DNA from: Lama glama
Lineage: Eukaryota
Length of the DNA: 64,000 nucleotides
Assembly (NCBI GenBank): GCA_028534125.1
Contig: CM052818.1
Coordinates: 48,486,001-48,550,000 of the forward strand
Direction of reading: 5' to 3'
Below, in pieces: positions 37,890-49,809 of the stretch. A program made the translations under genes and the position numbers. How positions within the stretch are numbered: the first letter of the stretch is position 1; every line of letters starts with the position of its first letter. The notes below the pieces were generated by a model. That model was not told the DNA's origin, searched no databases, and saw nothing but the letters and a program-made list of their open reading frames with translations.

Positions 37890-40299
37890 TATAATTGATA
37901 CTCTAACAGGTGTGAAGTGATATCTCATCATGGTTTTGATTTTTATCCCCTGCTGATTAGTGATATTGAGCATCTTTCCATGTACTTCATGGCCACCTGT
38001 CTGTCTTCTTTTGAGAACTAGCTATTCAGGTCCCGCGCGCATTTGTCAGTTGGGTTACATATTAATTATACACATATGCATGCAGAAAAACTTTTGAAAG
38101 GATGGACCATGTATAGTACTAATCCAAGAGAGACGATGAATCTCAGAGGACAGAAAGGAAGGAGGAGAATGAGAAGAGAAGCATGATCTCAGCTGAAGTC
38201 TGCAGGGTTTGCAGCGACTAGTGAGTGAGCACGGACTGCGTGTAAGTGGTGCCGGTGGAGCACAGGCACCACCCCGACTCTGCCCACAGCTCCGTTAAGA
38301 TGACAGCAAAGGGTGTGGAAGGGTGGGGGACGTGTGATCTATCGAGGACAAACAGAACTGGAGAAGGGACAATGTCAGAGCATACTGGGGGGAAAAGGAA
38401 GTTGGAAAACCACTAGGCAGGAGGTAATGGATATAGAAGACAGGTGATGGCAGAATCAAGTCAAGAAGTAGGGTGACCCCCACGGCAGTTCCCCAGGAAC
38501 GTCTCAGGACTTGGGAGTGCAGCGGCCCCAGAAGTGGCAGTGTGCCTGGGTCAGGTTGAAAGGACAGGACAAGAGAGGCTGAGAGTGGACCAGAAGGGGT
38601 CACATGCTGGTGTTCTCCCAGCCAGCCTGGTCCTCTCCAAACCCAGAAGAGAGGCTGGTCACGCGTACTCCAGACACAGAGACGCAAGGGGAAGGTAAGG
38701 GCAGTGTCAGTAGGGAAACGATGATGATCGAGTGAAAATTGAAATACTGACCCATGAAACCTAATCCTCGTCTCCTTCCTGGAGCTGCAGAACTACTGGC
38801 ATCCAGCACTACACGCCCAGCACACGCTCACAGCATCCCTCATGGAGAAGCTGACCAACCTCGAAGAAACAACACGGAGGCCTTACTGTCAACAGCCTCT
38901 CAGTGACATGGCCCCGTCAGGGCACCCAACGATCCAGTCCTAATTCCAGTCATCATCTCAGTGCCTCGTTCTTATAAATTCACAGCTTGTGTTCCACCTA
39001 ACGTTTGAAGATAGCAAGTCCTTTGCAAAGTATCATAAGTTGCAAAAAAAAAAACAAAAACTCTGGGCTTTATTAAAAATAGCACAGATACTAGAAGATA
39101 GATGTTTTCACAATTGTGGGGAGGAATAATTTTCAGCCTAGAATTCTTTACTAACCAACTCTCAAATCAAATGTGCCTCTTAATGCAAACCAAGAAAGTG
39201 AACCAATGAAGCAGACAAGGCAGCATCCAACAGGAGACCTGGGAGCGCAGAGGGGAGGGTCACTGGTGCAGAGTGATGCTCACGGAGGTCTGCTGGCAGC
39301 CGTCCTAGGGCGAGACCATGTCTGGCTAGCATCAGGAAGGGGTCAGTGTTGGAACACCTGCTGTGGTTAAATGGTTTCAGAGATTTATATTCTGCGAAAA
39401 GTTTGTAGCTGAAGTAGTAACTGCTGCATAAAGACTCAAGCAAAAGAAAGAAATAAGGGAATGTATTAATGTGGGAGGGGGCATCACAAAACTGTGATCA
39501 TTGCGATACATAGCTCAGCTGTAGATAACAGGGGCCTAAAGAGTAAACACTGAATATTGATATAAGTAAACATTGGTGTTTGACATTTTAAGTGCTTTGG
39601 GGAAAGGGAATTACGTGGGAATGTGGAAAGGAAGGTGTGAGAGATTTCAACTCAAGTCCCACCGTCTCTTAAACTCAAACAAAAGGCCAATGTAAGCTTA
39701 AAATTTTAGAAATATTGAATGTACATACGGAAATAAAATACTTAAAATGTGAGAGTCTGCGGGAGGGCCTGACAATGGTATTTGGTTTCTTCTAACTCTA
39801 CGTGCATAATTTTGAGAAAAATTAACCACTCACCTAAAGAATTAGTTAATTGCAAATAAATAAAATGAGAAAGTTGGAGTTAGAAAAAGTGTAGAAAAGA
39901 ACATGGTGAAATCTCACTGGGTTTTGATCAGCATCTTAAATATGTCATAAAGAGACTGGCTAAGAGGACGCAGGCAGAGGGAAGGAAATATCTAAGGTAG
40001 CTCAGCTTCAAGCTTCTCGTTCGATGTCTTCCTGAAACGAGCCTGGTGGTATCAGATGTCACCACTGCAATCTGGTCCGACCGCCCCATCATCGACCCTC
40101 AGGGACAGAGCTCCTCACCGTCCTGTCGAAGGGCAGGAAGCTCGACCCGCATGTAAAGGTGGACAGGAGGGCCTCGAAGGCCAGGAAAAGGAGCTACTCA
40201 AAGAAACCTTTGCTGGTACGTTTGTTTAAAGAAGCAAAATGCTAGGCAATCGAGTGATGGAGATAACCTACCAGGCATGTTAAGAGCCCTCGTAAAAGG

Positions 40300-40450
40300 C
40301 TCTTTATAGCCTCGTAAATCTGAAGGGGGCTCTCTCCTCCTACCAGTAAGAAAACCAGCCCCAGAGGCGCAGGTCACTTACCAAGGACACAGCACCACTT
40401 AGCACAGGCTAGCGGAGAGAGAACCCAGACTTTCCGAGCCCTGGTCTGCC
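40300..40450 (-). mobile_element. MIR remnant
   Basis: CAGTAAGAAAAC...CAGAGG...GTCACTTACCAAGGACACAGC...GAACCCAGACT. Confidence 0.6.
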
Positions 40451-41097
40451 TGCTATCAAGTGTCTTAAACTTCTCCTTGGCAGGAACCCCTAAGTATCTA
40501 AGTAAAAAGTCTCAGAAGTGAAATTTAGGTATTTATAAGGCAATGAAAAATGAGGACAATGGTCAGATGTGAAGCAGAGGAACGCGGGAACTCATGGCAG
40601 GCTTACTGAGAGACATTCTAGTTCAACAAAGAACTACTGTCTGAGAAATACCGGCAACTGTTCTGGAAACCTCATGGTCACCCTCGTCTCTGGGACCATG
40701 TGACTCTCCCTCACTGAGAGTCTGTGAGTGACAGGAAGCGGACCAAATACAACCTGTTGGAAAATGTTCTATGTGGAATGAATGACATGTGAACACAGCT
40801 TGACATTTTTAGGGAATTTTTGTCTGTGAATTAGGCTAGTATTCTTTTTGTAATGAAATACAACCTAGTTTTTAAATTTAGGATAAAAATGTGTTTAGTA
40901 TCGTTGATAAATGCCATTCAGACTTATTTAAAATCCAGACTTTTGGCAGGAAATTTACTAGATTTTCCTCCTCCATAGAACCAAGAGTCAGGGAGCTCTC
41001 CAACAAGACAGCTGCTCGCCTCTTCCATCTTCCTGCTCCTTCTAGACCTGTTTTCGAGGAAAGGGTTTTGTGGCCTGAGTGGTGTATCTGGACTTAC

Positions 41098-41339
41098 ACT
41101 CTCGGAGCTGGTGCCTTGTGCTCAGCTGCAGTGGTCACAGCGTGCTTCCTGAGCTGGGCCAGAGCCCTGCTTGGGACAGCGGACTCAAATCCCTCCTGGA
41201 GTCCTCTCTGTGCATGCTCTGAATCTGGCTTTTCTGGTTTCCTTGGCCTTTCGATGAGCTCCCAGGGACACAGTCATTACACGTTCTGTCCAGCTAAGTC
41301 GAACATTATCAGTTTCTCTTGGATGCCATCAGTGTTTTG
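41098..41339 (-). other. Candidate non-coding exon (242 nt)
   Basis: Acceptor AATTTCTGTTTCCAG and donor AGT|GTAAGT on the minus strand; no frame is open through the exon. Confidence 0.3.
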
Positions 41340-41614
41340 CTGGAAACAGAAATTCATACCAAGGATGTTCATGGCCAATAGACAACAGGAAGTTACAGAA
41401 ATTAGAAATCGGTATTTGCGCCTGTCGTGGTCACATAACAAGTGTTCAATGGATGTTAAGAAAGGACTCAGGCAGCGTGTTATAAAGCCCTTAATAAATC
41501 GGGTCATTGTGGTCACCAAGACTGAAGCGCGCGTTCCCGCCAAGGCTTTGGGAGAAGCGGGGTGGTCGTCCCAGGTCTATTGGGGGCGTGTGGGACCCCA
41601 GGCCTCTCGGGCCA

Positions 41615-41720
41615 CCCGCGCCCTTCACGCGGCGCTGGTCATTCTCACTTCAGAAAATGGGAAGTTCGGGTGTGTGAATACTTCGGCCAAAACGCGGGCT
41701 GAGCACCAGGGACTTCCAAC
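41615..41720 (-). mobile_element. GC-shifted MIR remnant
   Basis: GTCATTCTCACTTCAGAAAATGGGAAGTTCGGG...ACTTCGGCCAAAAC resembles the antisense MIR core. Confidence 0.4.
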
Positions 41721-42254
41721 AGCCGTGCTGGAGGGCCACTGATGCAGCGCGGCTGCAGGGATGTGTTAAGTGAAGGCCAGCACACCTTAAGCTTCGGGTG
41801 GTCAGTTCACCTGCCATCGAAACGACAGTGAAAGCGAGGGCGTTAACCAGGAAAACGCAAGGCTCCGAGCACGCGACGAGGGCAGGCGAGAGAACGTGGC
41901 AAACTTGGTATCCTCAACCTTTGCCCTCTCCTCAGCCTCTTTTGTCAGCCAAAGCCAGCCCCCCTGTTCACTGCGGGGCACTGTTCCTGCCTAGATTCAG
42001 GACCCTGGAAGCACCTCATTTGAGAGGGTTTTTGTGCAGGAAGACGCTGTCTCATGCCCCATGTACGTGTCTGTACTGTTCGTCCACACATCAACACCAA
42101 GAGTCAGAGCCCAACATGCTCTAGGGCAGCGTTGCTATAAACACAAGTTCTAGAGAAGAATCTTTATTACTAACATAACTGCACGGCTTTGCTAATTTAT
42201 TCTGATAACAACTGAAGCAAAACTTGCCAGAATATCATCTGAAGGACTTGGACT

Positions 42255-42471
42255 GCAAGCCATCAAATACTGACCACTGACCAGGTGCCAGGTTGTGTAA
42301 ATAAATACAACATTTTATTGGAACACAGCCATAACCATGTGTTCCCATGGTTTCTAAGGTTACTTCCTACCAGAAAAGCAGAAATGAATGGTTGTGACAG
42401 AGATCACATGGCTGTAGAACCTTAAGTATTTCCTACCCAGCCCTTTGTGGCATGCGTTGGTCAGCCCCTTG
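42255..42471. mobile_element. MER58A-like hAT-Charlie fossil
   Basis: GTAAATAAA...TTTTATTGGAACACAGCCA...GGTTGTGACAGAGATCACATGGC; flanks CTTGGACT / CCTGGACT look like an 8-bp TSD. Confidence 0.85.
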
Positions 42472-43816
42472 CCTGGACTGTGGAGAGAAGGACGTAATTG
42501 TATACTGGCCTGGGTTGTCAGGTGGGCACCACGGTAAAAGTTCTACTTTCAATGTTCTACCTGGAGCAACTGGAGGGCGCTCTGTTTAGTTGACCAGTTG
42601 TCTTATAATTCCAGCAAATCTAAACTAAAACTGAAAAGCCAAACATTTCGTAGAAGAATGTAAAAGAAAAAAATCAAAGATTAGAGTGGCAAGATTGTTG
42701 ACCAGGATCTATCATAGGCAACCTGGCTTTCTATCACCAAACGATGCCTTTTTGGAAGTCCTGAAACTGTTTCCTCCATGGAGGCTCTGAGGAGGTCAGC
42801 AGTGAGGGGGATGCCAGCACCTTGGAAAATTACCTTGGAAACTGTCCTCCGAAATGTGCCGTACCCTTGGAAAAGGGACCAGGTTGTGTCTCGTCTAAAT
42901 GGTCACCGAAATCTCCCACTGTAGACAAGGCTTGTAATAGTCTTGGAAACAAGATGCTCTCCTCTGTGAAAATCAGGCCATTTACACTCCCAGCCAAGCA
43001 GCGCTGCTCGGAAGGCTCAAGGGAAAAGTGACAGCTGGGGCGCTGATGGAGGGTAGAGCAACATGAGCATCCTTCACCAGAGCCGAACTTAATACGCTAC
43101 TTCTCGCTTCGGTCTGCTGGCAGCAAACATCAGCCATGAACTTCCGGCAGGACACTCTGGGGCGTCCGCCAGTGACTGGCTAACTACATTCAACTCTTTC
43201 CCATAAAGAGATTGTGACCCACCCTCAATCGGAAAATATTTCACCCAGATAAGCAAGTGCTCGCTTTTTCATCACTGTCCATGACTGCCTGGACTGTCAG
43301 TGTATCACCCAGACCCACTGAAGTTTCCCTCTTAAATGGTCCTCACAATTTGTAAGGATAACTATTTCACCGTGTTTACTTTTTTCTTAAGATTTCCCAA
43401 AGAACAAAGAGGAATTTTACTCATTTATAAAAGGTAGAATAAAACATTCTACCTTGAAATTACCACGTGGTTCCATCGGATCCTTTTGTAAATCTAAACT
43501 ACGATGTGGGGTCTTGGTTGTTTTATTTTTCTTACTTTGTGAAACATTTTGGTGCTCCATCATCCTAGGAATTATTTCATCATGTATCAATTACTCCCAA
43601 GTATCCTGAAAGACATTAAAATGATAAGAAATCATCAGAAAGATGGAACCACTTAGAAAGACAATGCAGTGGTGTCGCCCTTCAGGAACTGCACCATATT
43701 TCAAGAAGTAATAAAATAACACTGGAGGTACCACCTTTGTAGTCTACTCATGGCTTTCATTGCACTTAGTCATTGATTTGGAATTGTTCATTTCTGCCAC
43801 TAATGACTATCAAAAA

Positions 43817-44300
43817 TTATACAGGGTCCAAGATTTTACCACAATTGTGAGCTGCCGAGTCAGCTTACCAGAGATTCGTGGTTGCTTGCAGAAGACAAGA
43901 GACTCCTAGGTCATAGAGAAAAGACCATTTCTGAATGGACAGAAAGCAGCATGCAGTCATAATTGTATTAGTGGCCCCATTCCGTGAGGCGTGTGGAAGA
44001 CCAAGGGCAGATACTGATGAAGTGGTGTATTTGCATCAGAGCTGGGGAACTCCAAACTTAGGAAAAACCAGTCTTTTAGAGTGGACTATAAGCAAACCCA
44101 GCTTTGGTGCCAAAGAGAAACATTACCCTCATCATCGCGAACTGTTAAGAAACTTGCTCTTTTCTTTAGGGAAAGAACTCCTTTTATGTTTCAAGGTTGT
44201 TCCCTTCTCATGCTTGGAAAGTTAGGCTTAAAGAAGTTAACCAGTGTTTTGGCTCACAAGCCTTGAAGTCCAGTATGTCCACAGAAAATTTCTTCCATCA
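43817..44300 (-). mobile_element. ERV solo LTR (MER-type, family uncertain)
   Basis: CAGGGTCCAAGATTTTACC...GCAGAAGACAAGAGACTCCTAGGTCA resembles eutherian ERV LTR ends; about 480 bp ending ...TTCCATCA. Confidence 0.65.
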
Positions 44301-44380
44301 ATGGCAAAGAAAAAAAAATTTCACAATTTTTAAGCAAACCAGAAAATGCATGCAAAACACAGCTGGAAGCCCTGCTCAGC

Positions 44381-44570
44381 TCTGCTGTGCAACAGGGCTT
44401 TGCTGAGAGGGAGACATTCCACGTCTGCGCTGACCACAGCGCATCCACTAGCCATGGAGCATGGCCGGGCACTTGAATCTGGCTAGTGTGACCGAAGAAC
44501 TGAGTGCTTAATTGTATTTAGTTTCAAATAATTTAAAGTTCAATAGCCGTGTATAATTAGCAGCACGGCC
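44381..44570. mobile_element. MER3 hAT-Charlie fossil
   Basis: CCACTAGCCA...GCACTTGAATCTGGCTAGTGTGACCGAAGAACTGA...AATAGCC. Confidence 0.85.
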
Positions 44571-44979
44571 TTAGTCTGACGCTGATTGTGAAATGGATGA
44601 TTTAATACTATAGGTCCTTGAGTGCAAATACAATATCAGGGCTGAGTTACTCACGAACAGGGAAGAGTCCGTCACCTCGACTTTGTGTCAAAAGCCTGGA
44701 CCTTCTCACTGTGTTAGAAGAATATATGACAGTGTCCTTTCATCCTGCATGACACCTGTGTGCCAAGTTCATTTCCACGAAAAGGCAGGCTATGTTTAAA
44801 TTCTCACTAAAATTTCTAGTAAAATTGCTTTTCCCTACCCTTTGATTCTTACTTCTGTCCATTCTTCTTTCTGACTTAAAGATGTATATAGAAATACACA
44901 AACACACACCTATTTCTTTCCACTGGGCTCAGGGAGCAAACAGTAATGACTTTTTCCTGGTGTGCAGAGGGTCTAACAC

Positions 44980-45390
44980 CTTCCCGTAAGACCACATAAC
45001 ACTTCTGCAACCAAACAATTTACTCCGTGGAGAGATACAAAGCGACAAGCCAGTGCCCACGAGATCCCCTTGTATTACCAAATGCCAGGTCCCAGGGGCA
45101 GTTGCTTTTTGAAGCTGAAATAAACCATTGCAGCTGAAAAGCTTGTGAGGGTGGAGGGTGTCTCAGACACAAATAATACAGCTGTTTCTCCCATGCCCGG
45201 GACACACGATTCTAGGAATCATGGTGAACGTGAGAACGGGGCCTTCGTTAGCGCATTCAGTGATGCACCCCAAAAATGTGATTCCTCACGCTGGGGCTCT
45301 AGGTTCTGCTGAGTTCAAGGTTTTAGTACCTAAGGGAGGAAGGTTTCCACAAGGGAAAGCATCAATATTTGACGTGAATTTTTAGTAGGT
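44980..45390 (+). mobile_element. ERVL internal remnant (integrase 3' region), degenerate
   Basis: GCTGTTTCTCCCAT...AGGAATCA...TCTGCTGAGTTCAAGGTTTTAGTACCTAAGGGAGGAAGGTTTCCAC follows the ERVL pol 3' end. Confidence 0.7.
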
Positions 45391-46831
45391 CATTGGCAGC
45401 TCCCTGTAGCGCCAGAGGAACTGAGGGCACCGTGTGAACTGACGGCTCAATTCAGACTGTCCCTCTGGTGTCCCCTCAGTAGGCTCCTTTTCTGCTGACC
45501 ATCCGCTGAGGTGTCCTCTGGTGCCCCTGACTAGGAGCCAGGCCTGGTGTGACCTTCCGCAGTGAAACTCCCAGCCTTTTCTGCCGCCCAGTGCTGCCTG
45601 TGAAACCGCAAGCAATCAGACACGGCAATGAAAATGCACATTTTTATAACATATGATGCCCTAAATGTCAACTGAAAGCATGTTTTCAAAAACTAAACTC
45701 CACTCTTAGTTTTGCATTTCCCAGATTTATTTGATGCCAATCCTCCCAGTCCGCGTTTATCTCTTTCTGCACGAAAAGATATGAAATGTTTTCTCCTACT
45801 TTCTTTCCTTTACTTCTAAGCCCTTTCCTCTTGCTTGTATCTTGCAAGTCAATTCCGCTAAGCAACTGATCATATAAGCAGAGTTTTAAATTCTCCCTGT
45901 GTACACTGATTTCTTTTTTTTTCCCTTCAATCTCCAGCCTATTGATTAGACCACTTGATCAACTGAATAAAAGAACAGCATCCTGTGGCGTATTCCACAC
46001 TTGGGCACGTCTGCTTGAGGAGGAGAATGCAGATGTTCGTTTTCATTCTCTGAACGATTATGCCCTTAAATGCCGCACTGGACAGACACATCGGTAAGCC
46101 TTGTGAAGTCGCCCCGTCTCTTTTCTAGGCCGTCTTCAGGGCCCCCGAGGCCCAGCCGGCCCGGAAACTAAACGGAAATGATTTGCTGTTTACACAGGGC
46201 CTTTTGTTCTGTAAGTCATGGGCTCCGGCTTTAACCTTTTATCTGCCCCCCCCTTGAAGCACCTACCACAGGGCACCGTGTCCTCTCCTCTCTGCACCAC
46301 TCCCCTGAGCGTGCTAAGGGGCCCGCCCAGTGCATGGCACAGAGCGGGTGACGTACAGATGAGAAAGACAGAGGAAGCGGAGGGCAGGAGCCAAGGGAAG
46401 AGAATGGAAGAATTCACCTTAAGAGAATGTAGGTCTATCTTGATGAGTGACTTTTAAAAGTATGTGAGAGCTCTTAAACGCTCTTTAAATAGGAGTTATT
46501 AAATTATTTTATTCTAATATTTTTTACTAATACTATTGGGCCCTTCTTTCAAACAACACTCTTCTAAACAACCATTGGGTACACATTAAGAGGACACTGG
46601 TTGAAGGAGGTCCACATACTGGCACAGAATCTCACTCTGGTCCCACCCCTGGTTTCTCCAAAGAATAGGGATGTGCCCAGAGACGGATGCTACTAGCACC
46701 TAATGAACGCATTTCCCCTCAGAAGGTGTAGTTGTCTGGGGTCCACGGGGCCACTTCACTGTGTGCTCAGGTGCGGATCCTGCCAGGGGGACCAGCCTTG
46801 GATCCCAAGCCACTTCTGTATTGTCTGGAGA

Positions 46832-47577
46832 TTTTTTTTAAACTAAAGTATAGTTTACTTACAATGTTGTGCTGATTTCTGGTGTGCAGGATAGTGATTC
46901 AGTTATACATGTATGTATTCCTTTTCGTATTATTTTTCATTATAGGCTATTACAAGATATTGAATATAGTTTCCCAGGCTATATAGTAGGACCTTGTTAT
47001 TTATCTATTTTATACATAGTAGTTAGTATCTGCAAATCCTAAACTCCCAATTTATCCCACATCATCTCCTTTCCCCCCCTTGGTAACCATCAGTTTGTTT
47101 TCTATGTCTGTGAGTCTGTTTCTGTTTTGTAATAAGTTCATTTGTGTCATTTTTTAAGATTCCACATAAGAGTGATATCATATGATATTTGTCTTTCTCT
47201 AACTTACTTCACTTAGTAGGATAATCTCCAGGTCCATCCATGTTGCTGCAAATAGCGTTATTTCATTCTTTTTCATGGCTGAGTAGCATTCCATTACATA
47301 AATACACCACATCTTCTTTATCCAGTCATCTATCGATAGACATGTATGTTGCTTCCATGTCTTGGCTACTGTAAATAGTGCTGCTATGAACACAGGGGTG
47401 CCTGTAACTTTTCAAACTAGAGTTTCCTTTGGAAACATGCCCAGGAGTGGGAGTGATGGATCATATGGTAGCTCTATTTTTAGTTTTTAAGGACCCTCCT
47501 TATTGTCTTCCACAATGGCTGCACCAAACTACATTCCCACCAACAGTGTAGGAGGGTTCCCTTTTCTCCACACTCTC
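46832..47577 (-). mobile_element. Cetartiodactyl-type L1: ORF2 C-terminus plus 3'UTR
   Basis: ORF 47199-47393 MFIAALFTVAKTWKQHTCLSIDDWIKKMWCIYVMECYSAMKKNEITLFAATWMDLEIILLSEVS matches the L1 ORF2p C-terminus. Confidence 0.96.
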
Positions 47578-47684
47578 TATACAGAGAGTCCTGCATTAAA
47601 TTTCAAACGCCCAACATTCAGTGGAAGCCTAACAGCCAACAGCCAGTATCCCAGACAAACACTGATTCTTTCCTTCCTACGTTG

Positions 47685-48105
47685 ACCCAGCAGATGCTAA
47701 CTGAGCCCAGGTGTATTTCAGGAACCGCTGAGTAAAGACTGGGAACCCCTGGCCTCTCGGCTCTCTACAGAGGAAGGCCACCAACAGACCAAAAAGCAAG
47801 TTGTAGGCGCCGATAGTAGATGTTAAGCGTTTCTGCAGAGGAAACTGAAGCAGGGGAGGGAGCCAGGAAGTGTGTGGGTTAGTGTGGGTGTGGTCAGGGG
47901 GTGCTCTAAATGAAGCATGAGACAGGAGTCTCCAGTGTGGCCTTCTGTGAGAAAGACCCCCTCACACGTATGTAGCCGGAAGGGATGCCCCACGTTCATC
48001 CATCCCTATCGTGTCACCAAGCTGGGCCAGGTGTGGGACGTAATACGTGAATGAGGTACAGGCTCTGTTCCCAAGGAAGTCACAGTCTAATGGGAGGAAA
48101 GACAC
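47685..48105 (-). mobile_element. LINE-2 remnants
   Basis: GTGAATGAGGTACAGGCTCTGTTCCCAAGGAAGTCACAGTCTAATGGGAGG. Confidence 0.6.
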
Positions 48106-48639
48106 TGTCACACTGCAGAGATGTGTGCAGCGTGTGTGTGCGCAGCATGTGAGGGAACTGGGAGCCTCCTTCACTGTGGTCATTGTCATCAGAAGTCGGC
48201 GTATGCGCCTGTCAGCAAGGACTGGCCCTGGCGTCCCAGCACGCCGCCGGTGCTCATCCCTGCCCCTTGCGCTGTGCCCTTCGCCCTCCCCAAACCCCGC
48301 TGCTCCCCCACCTCGGGCCAGACCCTCTGCAGGTGCTGAGGGGGCGGCAAGGAAAGGACATTCAGCGAACTTCCAGGATGCGCTCGAGGACAGGCAGGCG
48401 TAGGTGACCGTGCAGGGCGTGACTCGTCCCCTGAGTGCCAGTCTCGGGCTCCCGGGGGTGGCTGAGATACCAGGACACAGAATAAAGCTCAGAAGCCCCT
48501 CTCGGGTCTCTTTTGCGGTTATCATCTGGCCAACGTACCGGTACTTCCAGCTTTCCAGAAGCTCGCTTTACACCACTTGGCTTGTTAGAAAGCCCTGCCT
48601 TAGTGCCTGTTTTCGCTGACTGAAAGGAATCGGAAGAGG

Positions 48640-49430
48640 ATTTTTGCGTTTGCGAACAAAGAAGAGCAAAAGCTGCGCCCAGTGTGTGTTTCGCAGCCGC
48701 CTGGCCAGCTCCCCCCGCCCCGCACCCGGCGTCCCCGCATCCGGCCGCCCGCCGTCTGCGCGCATCAGTGCTTCCTCTCGTCGCGCCTTGCGCGTCCCTC
48801 AGCCAGATGCCTGCGCGGTAATCACTCCTCGGCTCCACACCATCTCAGCGCGAGACGGCCCACAGCAAGGCCCTACTTTCAGCGGGGGAAGGGGACCTGT
48901 CCTGGGGCGCCATCCCAGTCAGAACCCTGCATGCGCCCCGGCCGGCCGAGCCCTCGCCTCCCGGCCGCTCCGTCCAGTCCCTCTCCTGGAACAGGCCCCC
49001 GCCCGCCGTCTCCTGAGGGCTTGCTCCTCCCCGTCCCCTCCTTCAGGACCCGGCTCGTCGCTTCCCTGCTCCACCACGGCTGCCCCCGCCTCCCCACGCT
49101 GGGCCTTGTGCCGCAGGAGACGCCTCTCTCCCTTCACTGCGCGCACGGCGGGGACTCGCGGTCAGGGCTCCCCGCCAGGGGCCGCCGTCCCCGCGGCACA
49201 GGGCTCTCCCTGAAGACGGGGGCCGACTCTCACGTCTCCCGGCTTCCTTACTGCCGAGAGCCATGCCGAGCACGCAGCAGCTACTGAGAAATGATCGCCG
49301 TTCATTTGTCTTTGCACATACTTAATACAGAAATAAAATTAGATCAAGTCACTCCAGTTGCGTTAAAAGTAAAAAGGAAGAGAGCTGTCGCCCAGTGTGT
49401 CGCGGCAGCTGGGCCTCGCCGAACGCGGAG
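48640..49430. promoter_or_regulatory. CpG island
   Basis: About 800 bp of very GC- and CpG-rich sequence with GC boxes (CCCCGCCC). Confidence 0.75.
48945..49305 (+). mobile_element. LINE-2 3' end embedded in the CpG island, GC-shifted
   Basis: CCCTCTCCTGGAA...GGCTTGCTCC...CCTTCAGG...ATGCCGAGCACGCAGCAGCTACTGAGAAATG follows the L2 3' motif order. Confidence 0.55.
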
Positions 49431-49809
49431 GTTTGTTCTGAATCTGTGGCTCTTTGATTTGCAGCACAGGGTGCAGGTTTCCTGAGCTCTTTAATGTGAT
49501 GGAATTGGATTTCTCATGATTTTCAACAGAACCCAAGCCTCTGCCTTATTTTGCAGCTTACTGAGCTGGTCGGAACATTTTGAATTATGGAAAGCAATGT
49601 CAGACAATCTGTTCTCCCGCAGCATAAAAACTATAATATTATCTGTAATTACAAAATATTTTTGGAGTCAATGTTCCACTTTTAAAATATCACATGGACC
49701 AAAAGTACACACAACACACAATGCTTAAGAATAACAGTAAAAAATGAACACCTGAGCTTGAGAAATTCCCAGAACAAAGTTGGAAAAAAGAAGTCTGGCC
49801 AGTGATTTT

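Larger units (their letters stand above)
36700..38060 (-). mobile_element. L1MA8/9-like L1 3' end with an inserted microsatellite and SINE
   Basis: TTTATTGAGAAATAATTGACAAATAAAATTGTA...TTAAGATCTACTCTCGGCAAATTTCAAGTA; ORF 37338-37535 (MFVAALVMAAKMQKQPMCP) resembles the ORF2p C-terminus. Confidence 0.92.

Noticed and set aside
40891..41742. Longest ORF (283 aa, plus strand) and the antisense 88-aa ORF at 41277-41543
   Set aside because: No recognisable domain, GTG start for the long ORF, overlap with MIR/L2-like remnants, and no supporting exon structure
48362..49287. Several 150-200 aa Pro/Arg/Ala-rich ORFs
   Set aside because: By-product of stop-codon scarcity in the CpG island; partly L2-derived
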